The notes under the pieces are model-generated. The model saw nothing but the letters and a program-made list of their open reading frames with translations. It was not told the origin of the DNA and ran no database searches. This document shows positions 22,127 through 31,497 of a stretch of DNA of 64,000 nt, piece after piece. Positions within the stretch are counted from its first letter, which is position 1. The number at the start of each line of letters is the position of its first letter. A program made the position numbers and the translations under genes. This stretch comes from Planctomycetota bacterium. GTDB lineage: Bacteria; Planctomycetota; UBA1135; UBA2386. Where the stretch lies: assembly GCA_046290465.1 (NCBI GenBank), contig JBKAGP010000001.1:2240001-2304000 (forward strand). The letters run 5' to 3'.

Positions 22127-22180
22127 GCCTCCTGCGACGGACCAGGCGGGCCGGCTATTCCGGCGCCGCCGCGAACGGAC

Positions 22181-23101
22181 CTACTTCGCCTTGCGGTAGA
22201 TGTCCTGCACGCTCTTGAGCAGCTCGAGCGCCTCCGGCAGCGGGCGCTGGAACGCGTTGCGGCCCATGATCGAGCCGAAGGCGCCGCCGTCGGCGAGGCC
22301 CTGGATCTCCTCGAGCACCGCGTCGGTGCCCTTGGCGGCACCGCCCGAGAAGATCGTGATGCGGCGGCCACCGAAGGCGGCCTGCAGCACGTGCTGGGTG
22401 CGCTCGGCCAGCGTGCTGACCGGGATGCCCTCGGCCTCGTAGACCTTGCGCGCCGCGTCCTGCTCGATGTCGGCCGTCGGCGGCTTGACCTTGATGATGT
22501 GCGCGCCGAGCTGCGCGGCGATCTGCGCCGCGTAGGCGCAGACGTCGACCGCGGTCTCGCCGACCTTGCTCAGGCCGCTGCCGCGCGGGTAGCTCCAGAC
22601 GACGACCGCCAGACCGCACGCCTTCGCCTCTTCGGCGATCTCGCGCAGCTCCATGTACATCTCGTTGCGCTCACACGAGCCCGGGTAGATCGTGAAGCCG
22701 ATCGCGGCGCAGCCGAGGCGCAGCGCGTCCTGGACGGAGCCGGTGACGGCCGGCTTCGGATCCGGGTTCGAGTAGAGCGAGTCGCTGTTGTTGAGTTTGA
22801 GGATCAGCGGGATCTGGCCCGCGTAATTGCGCGCACCGGCCTCGAGGAAGCCGAGCGGCGCCGCGTACGCGTTGCAGCCGGCCTTGAGCGCGAGCTCGAA
22901 GTGGTAGTGCGGGTCGTAGCCGGGCGCGTTCTTCGCGAACGTGCGGGCCGGGCCGTGCTCGAAGCCCTGGTCGACCGGCAGGATGACGAACTTGCCGGTG
23001 CCGGCGAGGGCGCCGGTGTCCATCATCCAGCGAAGGTTCTTGAGGACGCCAGGGTGGTCGGATTCGTACCAGCTGAGGATTTCGTCGACGCGCGAGCTCA
23101 T
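22181..23101 (-). CDS. fbaB: Class I fructose-bisphosphate aldolase (DhnA type)
   Basis: ILPVDQGFEHGP, GFTIYPGS, VVWSYPRG, HIIKVK (Schiff-base Lys), IFSGG, SIMGRNAFQR. Confidence 0.92.
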   Translation of the reverse strand: MSSRVDEILSWYESDHPGVLKNLRWMMDTGALAGTGKFVILPVDQGFEHGPARTFAKNAPGYDPHYHFELALKAGCNAYAAPLGFLEAGARNYAGQIPLILKLNNSDSLYSNPDPKPAVTGSVQDALRLGCAAIGFTIYPGSCERNEMYMELREIAEEAKACGLAVVVWSYPRGSGLSKVGETAVDVCAYAAQIAAQLGAHIIKVKPPTADIEQDAARKVYEAEGIPVSTLAERTQHVLQAAFGGRRITIFSGGAAKGTDAVLEEIQGLADGGAFGSIMGRNAFQRPLPEALELLKSVQDIYRKAK

Positions 23102-23279
23102 GCGAGAGGCCTTTGGGTTCGGGGGGTGTTTTGGCCGAACATTGTCGGCATGGCGCCCCCCGTTGCAAGGACGGCGGGCGACGGAGGCGGCCGATCGGCG
23201 CCGGCGCCGCCACCGTGCATCCCCTGCCAAGGCGCCGGCGCCGCCTGCCGAGCGGCGCACGTCGGCCGGGCCCGGCGTG

Positions 23280-25817
23280 CTACTTCAGCTTCAGGCCTTC
23301 CTTCTGGCGGCCCGTGCCGAACTCCCACACCATGACCAGCATGTCGGCGCCGCCGAGCTGCAGGTAGGCGCGCGCCTGGTAGTACTTGCCCGCGCGCAGC
23401 GGCTCCTTCGGGATCGCGAACAGCACGTCGCGCATGTCCCGCTTCTTGTTGAGCGGCACCTTCGGCGTGTGCACGTAGCACTCGACCTGCTTGCGGCAGC
23501 GCGACGCCCACGCGGCCATGTCCTTGCCCTGCGCGGCGACGAAGTTCTTCGTCGGCGGCCGGCCGCCCTTGCGCGACTCCCACAGCTCGATGCGGCAGTC
23601 GCCGAGGATGCGCGAGGTCTCCAGCTGCAGCTGGCAGCTGACGACGTAGCCGCACCTGGTCACGTCCTTCTCGTCCTCGGGCTGGTCCTCGAGCGGGTTC
23701 GGCAGCTCGGGGTCGCCGAAGTGCGTCGGGATGTTCTTGGCGTCGCGCGGCGGCCAGACCACCAGGCGCGGCGCAGTGGCCGGGTCGTACGGCTCCTGCA
23801 GCGAGCTCATGTCGAGCACCGACGCGAAGTTGGTGCCGTTCTCGTGGTGCGAGTAGCCGAGCCGCTTGATGTTGTGGCGCAGCATCGGGAAGCGGTGGTA
23901 CGGCGCGCTGATCCAGCCGTCGATCGAGTCGCGGGCCATCGACTCGCTCATCCGGCCGGTGCCCCAGATGATGTTGCCGGTGCCGGCCTGCTGCCCCTGA
24001 CGGGTGAAGTCCTCGTGCGCCGGATCCTCCTCGTGCGCCTTGAGGTCGCGGCTCTCGGCGTGCTCGGGGTGGTTGGTCAGGTACTTGGCGTGCAGGTCAC
24101 AGCCGATGGTCGTCTCGGCGTCCATCTCGCACTCGCTGAGCGTGACCCACTGGCCCTCGGTCATGTTGGCGCCCGCCGGCCACGTGTAGCCGACCTCCTG
24201 GCTCCGCACGAGGTTGATCTGCTCGAGCGCGGCGATCTCGATGTCGCTCGGACGCTCCGGCAGCAGCGGCGGGCCGTAGCCGGTGCCGTAGGCGACGCCG
24301 CTGTCGCCGCGCGCCCACTCGCGCCATTCGGCGTCGATCTGCTCGCTCGACTTCTTCAGCGTCTTGACGACGATCTCCTCGACCTCCTCCAGCGTCGGCA
24401 CCTTCTTGTCGGCGTCCGGTAGCAACAGGAAGAACGGGACCCACTGCTCCGGGTAGGCCGCCATCATCCAGGTCATCAGGCTCCAGGTCTTCATCCGGCA
24501 GTCGTTGCGGAAGCGGCTCAGCTTCTCGCGCGGGACCTGTGCCATCGGCCAGTCCTGGTCGGAGACGGCCTGGTCGCGCACGGTGCGCATCCACCAGTTG
24601 GTACCTTCGGGCAGCGCCAGGCTGTCCTCGCCGACCGTGCCCTCCGGGATCGCGCCCCACTTGGAGATCGACGTCGCCTTCAGGTACCAGGTCACCGCGT
24701 GGATGATGCCCTGGCCGATGCCGTCGTTGCGCTGGATGCACAGGCCATACATGACGACGTTGGCGATGATGCTGTCCTGGATGTGGCGCGGCGACGAACC
24801 GACGACCATCACCGAGGGCCCGTACTTCGAACGCCACGAGTTGTTGACGAACCGCATCGCCTCCTCGGGGGTGCGGCCGTTCAGGATCTGCGGGTTGGCC
24901 TTGAGGAACTCCTCGCGCTCGCGCGACGTCGCCAGGAAGCCGTACATCTTCCAGGCCTTGGTCGCGTTCTGGCGGAATGCCAGTCGCTTGGCGTCCTTCG
25001 GGCCGAGCAGGTACTCCATGAACTCGACGGTGCGCTCGCCCCACATGACGGCGTCGTTGGCCATCTCCTGCGAGCCGCGCAGCCAGACGCAGAAGTTCTT
25101 GCTCTTGGCTCCGTGCACTTCGAAGCTCGGCTTCAGCATCCACGCCGGCGCGTTCGCGACCAGGTTCTGGATCTCGACCGGCAGCTCCGACTCGGGCAGC
25201 TCCTCGAACTCGTATTCCTTGCGGGCGAACTCGACCGCCTTCTTCTCGATCTCGAGCATCTTCTTGGCGAAGACGATCTGCTCGTCGGTGCCGAAGAAGT
25301 CGCGGTTGTTGAGGTTGGCCTCCTTGCGCCCGAGCGCGAGGTTGGCCTCGCGATTGTTCGGGTTGTAGTAGACCGCCTTCTCGAGGTGGTAGGTCGCCCG
25401 CTCTTTGTCGCCCGACTCGCGCAGCTGCAGGCCGAGCTTCTCGTGCTGCGTGCTGAGCTTGATCGACGTCTTGGCCCACTCCTCGAGGATCTTGAAGCGG
25501 TCCTCGTACTTGGCCTTGTCGCGCCACTTCTTGCGCTTCTCCTTCGGCAGGCCGACCCACTCGCCCTTGACCTTGCGGAAGCCGAGCTCGCTGCGCGCGC
25601 GCTTCTGGTCGGGGTCGTACTCGAGCACCAGGTTGAGCGCCTGCAGTGCGCGCGGGCCGACCTTCTTGGACTTGGCCTTGGAGGAGAACTTGAGCAGTTC
25701 GCTGACGCAGTTCTTGGTCAGCGACGCCTCGGTGGCCTGCGCGCGCAGGCTCGGAAGCGAGACGCCGACGGCGCAGATCAACAGGAGAAGGGTCCGGACG
25801 TGACGGTTGCGATGCAT
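23280..25817 (-). CDS. Large secreted protein with a C-terminal CAP (SCP)-like domain
   Basis: Signal peptide; ARSELGFRKVKGEWV; ALEQINLVR...GCDLHAKYL...HEED...WISAPYHRFPML. Confidence 0.75.
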   Translation of the reverse strand: MHRNRHVRTLLLLICAVGVSLPSLRAQATEASLTKNCVSELLKFSSKAKSKKVGPRALQALNLVLEYDPDQKRARSELGFRKVKGEWVGLPKEKRKKWRDKAKYEDRFKILEEWAKTSIKLSTQHEKLGLQLRESGDKERATYHLEKAVYYNPNNREANLALGRKEANLNNRDFFGTDEQIVFAKKMLEIEKKAVEFARKEYEFEELPESELPVEIQNLVANAPAWMLKPSFEVHGAKSKNFCVWLRGSQEMANDAVMWGERTVEFMEYLLGPKDAKRLAFRQNATKAWKMYGFLATSREREEFLKANPQILNGRTPEEAMRFVNNSWRSKYGPSVMVVGSSPRHIQDSIIANVVMYGLCIQRNDGIGQGIIHAVTWYLKATSISKWGAIPEGTVGEDSLALPEGTNWWMRTVRDQAVSDQDWPMAQVPREKLSRFRNDCRMKTWSLMTWMMAAYPEQWVPFFLLLPDADKKVPTLEEVEEIVVKTLKKSSEQIDAEWREWARGDSGVAYGTGYGPPLLPERPSDIEIAALEQINLVRSQEVGYTWPAGANMTEGQWVTLSECEMDAETTIGCDLHAKYLTNHPEHAESRDLKAHEEDPAHEDFTRQGQQAGTGNIIWGTGRMSESMARDSIDGWISAPYHRFPMLRHNIKRLGYSHHENGTNFASVLDMSSLQEPYDPATAPRLVVWPPRDAKNIPTHFGDPELPNPLEDQPEDEKDVTRCGYVVSCQLQLETSRILGDCRIELWESRKGGRPPTKNFVAAQGKDMAAWASRCRKQVECYVHTPKVPLNKKRDMRDVLFAIPKEPLRAGKYYQARAYLQLGGADMLVMVWEFGTGRQKEGLKLK

Positions 25818-26030
25818 GTTCGAAGGACGGACGGCGGTCCGTGCGGCGGGCAGTGTACGGGCTCGACAGGTCCGTCGCAGCAGGCAGTCGCGAAAGCGGG
25901 AACTGTGCCCTTGCAGCTCACCGCAGCGGGGCCGCGTTCGTAGCGGCGGCCGGTGGTACATGCCGACGGCCGACGCGAGCGCGCCGGCCGTCGGGCAATG
26001 GGACTCTGAGAGAGAGAGGGAGAGAGTCTG

Positions 26031-26050
26031 CAGGCCCCCTGCGGGGCCCG
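26031..26050 (-). terminator. Possible GC hairpin terminator after the S8 peptidase gene
   Basis: ggcccc-ctgc-ggggcc just after the stop, followed on the minus strand by a pyrimidine (CT) tract. Confidence 0.5.
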
Positions 26051-26053
26051 ACG

Positions 26054-28912
26054 TCAGTTGCCGATGCGGGCGCGACCGGCGTTGGACAGCACCAGACCGG
26101 CCGAGTTCACCGCGTCGAGCACCGCCCACTGGTGGAACACGTCGACGCCCTCGAGCGCGACGTTGTTCGGCACCGAGAACGAGACGCTGCCACCCGGCGT
26201 GGTGGTGGCGTCGAGCACCAGCGGGTCGACCAGCAGGTCACAGCCCGGCGCACCCGGCAGCGGTGCCGGCAGCGAGCCGCCCGCCCAGGTCGTGTTCGAC
26301 ATGCCGGACGCGAGCACCGCGAACGTGCCGGCGAGTTCGTCGGACAGCGTGATCGAGTAGCTGGTGCCCAGCTGCGGCAGGCCGCTGTTGCCGATCGCCG
26401 GCGTCAGCTGCGCACCCTGGCCGGTGCAGTTGACGATGTACGACGGCGCCGTCACCAGCTGCGACTGGGTCCAGTTGATCGGGCCGTTGACCGGATCGCG
26501 GTAGAAGCCGACGCCGCTGGCCCCCGAGTTGAGGGAGCAGATGTAGACGTTCTGCGCGATGGTCTCGTAGCCGATGTAGAAGTTGCCGGTCACCGTGACC
26601 GGCGCGGCGAACGTCGCCGTGTAGAACTGCTGCGCGGCACCGATGGTGATCGTCGTGCTCGCCAGCGCCGTCGCCGACGGCACGCCGCCGATGTCGGTGT
26701 AGATGCGCGCCGCGACGGTCTGGTTGCCACCGGTCGAGGCGGCCCAGATCTGGAACGAGTTGACGTCGATCGTGCCGTTGTTGACGACGCGGTAGGTGTA
26801 CTCGTTGTCGCGCAGGTCGAGGCCGAGCGCGCCACCACCGGAGTTGAGCTCCGGGCACTGGAACGGCGCGGTGACCGAACCGGGGCAGCCCTGGCCGAAC
26901 GTGCTGAACGACGCGAACGCGACCTGCGTGCCCTGGCCGCCGACGACCACCAGGCCGTAGTCGGCGTCGACCGCCGGCGTCTCGACGTGGTTGTCCTGCA
27001 CGATCGAGGTCGCCAGGACCTCGACGTTCCAGTTGCCGGCCTGCGGGTTCTGCACGAACACGTTCTCGATCGAGTTGACCGTGTCCTCACTGCCGCCCGG
27101 GACCGACCAGAGGCCGTTCTCGAGGTTGTGGTTGCCCCAGTAGACCGTGCCGTTCGGCGCCGTGACGCGCAGCGACAGGTTGTTGATCAGGTGCTGCGCC
27201 GACGCCGGGTTGGCCGCCGGCTCCCGCCAGTTGAGGCAGACCTTCAGCGCGGGCTCGCCCGCGGCGACCGCGATCGGCCACGACCGGACCTGGCCCTGCG
27301 TGACGACGTCCTCCTCGTCGACGATGAACGTCTTGGTGCGGTTGTCGTACATCGTCTGCAGGCTCGGGAAGCCCCAGCCCTGGTGCTCGCGACGGTTGTC
27401 GCTGCTCGCTCCGGTGAACGCGTACTGCGCGCCGCTGACGACCTGCAGGGCCTTCAGGGTCGGCGCGTGTGGGCGGTTCTGGTGCGCGGTGCCGTTCGGC
27501 ACGCGCAGCTGCTGGCCGAAGATGCCGATGCCGGGCTGCACCTCGGTCGTGTACATCTCGATCGCCAGCACGTTGTGGCCGGCGACGATCGGCGTCGCGC
27601 CGGACGTGCCGCCGAAGCCCGCCGTCCAGCTGCCCGACGAGTAGCCGGCGCTGCCGGTGCGGTCCGACGTGCCGATGTTGTCGTAGTAGGCGCACATCGT
27701 CGGCTTGATGCGGCCGTCCGACGCCGGGCCGATCGACGCGCCGCCGTTCTGCCACGAGTCGTTGTTCGGGTTGCTGTCGTTGGCGTGGTTGACGCCTCCG
27801 ACCGAGAACACGTTCTTGGCCCACGCCTGCGGGCGCGAGTCCTGGTTGCCGGCGTTCGACTGGCTCTGCGTCCAGGTGATGTCGTGGTCGAACGTGATGT
27901 CGTCCGCGTCCGCCGAGATCGACGTGTAGAAGAACGTGCGCGCATCGCCCCACGACGCCGTCGTGTGGCTGACGTCGTGCACGTTGACCAGGTCGCTGAA
28001 GACCTGCCAGCGCGACGTCGTCACCGTCGAGTAGTTGGTGAAGAACTTGCCCGCGTCCGGCGCCATGCCGCGCACCGCCGGGTTCGACGAGCCGTTGCCG
28101 AACACGATGCCGCCGGTGGCGTGGCCGTGCGTCTGCGCCGCGTTGCTGCTGCGCACCGGCGTCGCGCCGCCGGTGAAGTCCGGGTGCGTCGCCTCGATGC
28201 CTTCGTAGATGTGCGCGTTGACGCCGGCGCCGGTGAAGCCACCCTGCGCCTCGACGTAGTTGCCGCCGCCCTGGATCCGGGCGTTGTCCATGTCCTCTTC
28301 CGGGGCCGACCAGCGGTCGATCCACAGCACCTCGTCGAAGCCCGCGACCTTCTGCAGTTGCTCACCGGTCAGCGACGCGGTGAACAGCAGGCTGCCGGTG
28401 TGCTCGTTGACGACGGCGCCGCCGATCGCGGCGATCTTCGCCGCCAGCGCCGGCTTGTCGCTGTGCTTGTCGGCGACGACCATGTTGTACCTGGCCGCTT
28501 CCTTGCTCTGCAGCGCGCCACCCTCGAGCAGCGCCGCCTCGAGGCGGTAGGCCGGGTGGTAGGCACCGATCCAGCGGATCATCGGGATGCCGGCGAGGTG
28601 CTCGGCCTGCTGGCCGGTCATGCGCACCACGTAGGCGTCGTGCGGCAGGTACTTGACGACCTTGCCGCCGGCCTCGGTGATCGCGTCGCGACCGGCCTGG
28701 GTCGGGATGCCGTGGAACTGCACGATGCGCAGGTTCTGCTGCGACGTCGACGCGAGCCCGGCGGGGATCGACGGCTGCGACGTCGCCGGGTCGAACGTGG
28801 CGAAACGAAGGCAGATCGAACCGCGGTGGACGGTCGACTGGGGTGCCTGGGCAGAGAGCGAAACGGCGACGGCGCACGCCAACAGCGCGCCGCGGGAAAG
28901 ATGGCTCAGCAT
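26054..28912 (-). CDS. Secreted S8 (subtilase) serine peptidase with a C-terminal beta-domain
   Basis: HGHATGG (His), NAGN (oxyanion), GTSGATP (Ser), GPASDGRIKP, QGWGFP; prodomain YLPHDAYVV. Confidence 0.92.
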   Translation of the reverse strand: MLSHLSRGALLACAVAVSLSAQAPQSTVHRGSICLRFATFDPATSQPSIPAGLASTSQQNLRIVQFHGIPTQAGRDAITEAGGKVVKYLPHDAYVVRMTGQQAEHLAGIPMIRWIGAYHPAYRLEAALLEGGALQSKEAARYNMVVADKHSDKPALAAKIAAIGGAVVNEHTGSLLFTASLTGEQLQKVAGFDEVLWIDRWSAPEEDMDNARIQGGGNYVEAQGGFTGAGVNAHIYEGIEATHPDFTGGATPVRSSNAAQTHGHATGGIVFGNGSSNPAVRGMAPDAGKFFTNYSTVTTSRWQVFSDLVNVHDVSHTTASWGDARTFFYTSISADADDITFDHDITWTQSQSNAGNQDSRPQAWAKNVFSVGGVNHANDSNPNNDSWQNGGASIGPASDGRIKPTMCAYYDNIGTSDRTGSAGYSSGSWTAGFGGTSGATPIVAGHNVLAIEMYTTEVQPGIGIFGQQLRVPNGTAHQNRPHAPTLKALQVVSGAQYAFTGASSDNRREHQGWGFPSLQTMYDNRTKTFIVDEEDVVTQGQVRSWPIAVAAGEPALKVCLNWREPAANPASAQHLINNLSLRVTAPNGTVYWGNHNLENGLWSVPGGSEDTVNSIENVFVQNPQAGNWNVEVLATSIVQDNHVETPAVDADYGLVVVGGQGTQVAFASFSTFGQGCPGSVTAPFQCPELNSGGGALGLDLRDNEYTYRVVNNGTIDVNSFQIWAASTGGNQTVAARIYTDIGGVPSATALASTTITIGAAQQFYTATFAAPVTVTGNFYIGYETIAQNVYICSLNSGASGVGFYRDPVNGPINWTQSQLVTAPSYIVNCTGQGAQLTPAIGNSGLPQLGTSYSITLSDELAGTFAVLASGMSNTTWAGGSLPAPLPGAPGCDLLVDPLVLDATTTPGGSVSFSVPNNVALEGVDVFHQWAVLDAVNSAGLVLSNAGRARIGN

Positions 28913-29089
28913 GGGTTGTCTATGGCAGGAGCAGGCCCTGGGCAGGCGAGAGTGCCAAGCAGTGTAGCAGCACGGCGCGATCGCGCACGCCCCACGCGAC
29001 CGTGCAATTTGGCCGCTGACGCCGGGACGCAAACCGCCGCGCGGCCGTCCGGGGGCGGCGACCGCGCGGCGGCATCGCGGAATCGGGCG

Positions 29090-29200
29090 CTAGATGCCGC
29101 CGATCATCAGATCGAGGCCGTTGCTGGTCGCGATGTGGAACGGATTGATGTTGAGCACCATCACGCCGCTCTGCGCGAGCACGGGGTTGACCGCGGTCAC
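29090..29200 (-). pseudogene. Orphan gene-end fragment resembling the C-terminal domain of the S8 protein
   Basis: VLAQSGVMVLNINPFHIATSNGLDLMIGGI* aligns with VFHQWAVLDAVNSAGLVLSNAGRARIGN*. Confidence 0.55.
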
Positions 29201-29226
29201 GCCGATGTCATCGGCGCGCTCGTGCG

Positions 29227-31371
29227 TCAACGCATCTGCCGATACGTCCCGCCGGCGTCCTTGGCCAGCCACTCGAGCACCTCGAGGTTGCCGCCGATCG
29301 CGATCGTGTTGATCTTGATGCCGCGGTGCTTGTTCCAGCGGCGCACGTCCTCGCGGATGCGGTGCGGGTCGATCACCTCGCCGGTGGTCGGCTCGCCGTC
29401 CGACAGGATGAAGATCGTGTCGACGTCCTTGTCCTCGAACGCCTGGCGCACCGAGTCGTAGAGGTTGGTGCCGCCGGCCGCGCCGAGGCGCTCGATCCAC
29501 GTCAGCGCCTCCTGGCGATCCTGCACCGACGACGTGCCGATGCCCTTGTCGAGCCAGCGCTCGACGCCGCTCGAGAACGCGTAGATGTTGAACAGGGCCC
29601 CCGCTTCGAGGTTCTCGACCGCCTGCGTCAGCTCGTTCTTGGCGACGTCGATGCGCGCCGCGCCGCGGCCGTCGACCTCCCGTCCGTACATCGACTCGAG
29701 CATCGAGCCCGACACGTCGAGCACGAAGATCACGCGGTGGCTCTCGACGCGGATGCCGAAGAACTTCGCCTTGCTGGTCGTGCGCTGGGTCAGCCGGCGT
29801 CGCTCGCGCGCCGCGTCGGCCTTGTCGAGCTCCTTGTCGGTCGCGACGCGGAAGTCCTTTTCGGCCCCCTTCCACCACGCCGCCCAGCGCGCCTGGTCCT
29901 CGTCGAACGGCTGCGCCGTCAGCCGCCACAGCGCCTCGGCGACCTGCTTGCGCATCCGGCCGCCCTCCTCGCCCAGGCGCGCGACCAGCGGCCCGACCGC
30001 CGCCGCCTGGCGCATCGCGGCGAGTCCCTGGATCGCCAGCAACCGGGTCGACCAGTCGGCGTGTGCGAGCGCCGCCAGCATCACCTCCAGGTGGCGCTTG
30101 TCGCGCGCCTTGCCGAGCACCTCGAGCGCGGCGTTGCGCACCTCGCGGTCGTCGCTCGCCGCGTAGCCGGCCAGCTCCTTCAGCCAGCGGCTCACCGGCC
30201 CCTGGATCGCGTCGAGCGCCTCCAGCCCGGCGAGCACGTCGGACGGCGACTTCGGCTCCGTCATCATCGCGCGCAGCGCCTCGATCGACGCGCGGTCGCG
30301 GCGCGCCCCCAGCGCCTGCGCGGCAGCTCGCCGCACCGACGCGTCCTTGTCGCGCAGCTGCTTGCGCACCGCCTTCAGGACCTTCTCGTCGTCGTTCTTG
30401 ACGGTCGCCTGCAGCGCGAACACCTTCTCGTGCGGCTTGCCCTTGCCGAGCAGCTTGGCGACCTTCTTGCGGACCTTGTCGTCCTCGTAGGCGGCGATCA
30501 GCCGCGCCATCTCGGCGCGCAGGTCGGCCTGGGTGACGTCGCGCTTCTTGGCCAGCTTTAAGAACGTCGACACCGCCTTGCCGCCGCGGTCGTCGAGCAG
30601 GATGCGCGCCGCAGCGGCGCGGTCGGCGCCGGGGAAGTCGACGCGCTGCAGCAGCCAGCTCGCCACCTCCGCCGTCTTGGGCATCCGGCTGCGCTCCATC
30701 CAGTCGAGCGCGCTGCGACGGATCTTGGGGTCGTACTCGCGCTTCAGCGTCTTGACCAGTTCGTCCTCGGTCAGCTGGGCGCGCAGCCCCTCGAAGGCGA
30801 GCAGCCGGATCGCATTGTGCTCGGGCGGCAGGATCTCGCCGTCCTCGCCCTTCTGCTGCTTGCGCTCGAGGTTCCACAGCTCGCGGTACCACGGCGCGTC
30901 GCCGGCGTCGGCCATGCGCACGTGCAGCTCCATGGCCGGGATCCGGATCTCGTCCGAGGCGCGGCTCGCGATGATCCGGTGCAGCAGCTGCTTGCCGATC
31001 GTGTCGGACCCGGACAGGCCGCGCAGCGCCAGCCGCCGGACCTCGTCGTCGTCGGTGCTGCCGGCGATCTGCGCCAGCTTGTCGAGCGCCGGCTGCTGGC
31101 TGTCCGGCAGGTTGGCGAACCAGCCGAGCGTCTTGGTGATCTCGCGACGGAACAGCAGCGTGACGCACCGGTCGTAGGCCTCGATCAGGCCCTCGGCCGC
31201 CGCTCGCGAACGGTCCTTGCCGACCTTCTCGACCAGCGCGAGCTCGGCGTCGTCCTTCTCGCGGTGCAGCTGGCGGATCAGCTCACCGACGTCCTGCGCG
31301 ACCAGCGGCGTCGACGAGAACGAGGCGCTCACGAACAGCGCGAGCAGCAGGGGCACGATACGAACGGACAT
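29227..31371 (-). CDS. Secreted HEAT-repeat protein with a C-terminal VWA domain
   Basis: Signal peptide; VRRAAAQALG-type HEAT repeats; MIDAS VLDVSGSM, GGTNLYD, ILSDGEP. Confidence 0.9.
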   Translation of the reverse strand: MSVRIVPLLLALFVSASFSSTPLVAQDVGELIRQLHREKDDAELALVEKVGKDRSRAAAEGLIEAYDRCVTLLFRREITKTLGWFANLPDSQQPALDKLAQIAGSTDDDEVRRLALRGLSGSDTIGKQLLHRIIASRASDEIRIPAMELHVRMADAGDAPWYRELWNLERKQQKGEDGEILPPEHNAIRLLAFEGLRAQLTEDELVKTLKREYDPKIRRSALDWMERSRMPKTAEVASWLLQRVDFPGADRAAAARILLDDRGGKAVSTFLKLAKKRDVTQADLRAEMARLIAAYEDDKVRKKVAKLLGKGKPHEKVFALQATVKNDDEKVLKAVRKQLRDKDASVRRAAAQALGARRDRASIEALRAMMTEPKSPSDVLAGLEALDAIQGPVSRWLKELAGYAASDDREVRNAALEVLGKARDKRHLEVMLAALAHADWSTRLLAIQGLAAMRQAAAVGPLVARLGEEGGRMRKQVAEALWRLTAQPFDEDQARWAAWWKGAEKDFRVATDKELDKADAARERRRLTQRTTSKAKFFGIRVESHRVIFVLDVSGSMLESMYGREVDGRGAARIDVAKNELTQAVENLEAGALFNIYAFSSGVERWLDKGIGTSSVQDRQEALTWIERLGAAGGTNLYDSVRQAFEDKDVDTIFILSDGEPTTGEVIDPHRIREDVRRWNKHRGIKINTIAIGGNLEVLEWLAKDAGGTYRQMR

Positions 31372-31497
31372 GTGGATCTTTCGGGTGGCGCGAACGGCTG
31401 GGGGCCGCCGACGATCATCGAAGCCACCTGCGCGACGGTCAACCCGACTGCGAGGATGCCTCCGCCGCGCGCATCGGGTATGCGTGGGCGCCCCTAC

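Noticed and set aside
26008..26027. GA-rich tract as a distinct functional element
   Set aside because: Short, and adequately explained as the pyrimidine tail after the S8 terminator-like hairpin
28942..28960. Sigma-54 promoter upstream of the S8 gene (minus strand tggcactctcgcctgc)
   Set aside because: The GG-to-GC spacing is 11 nt rather than the required 10
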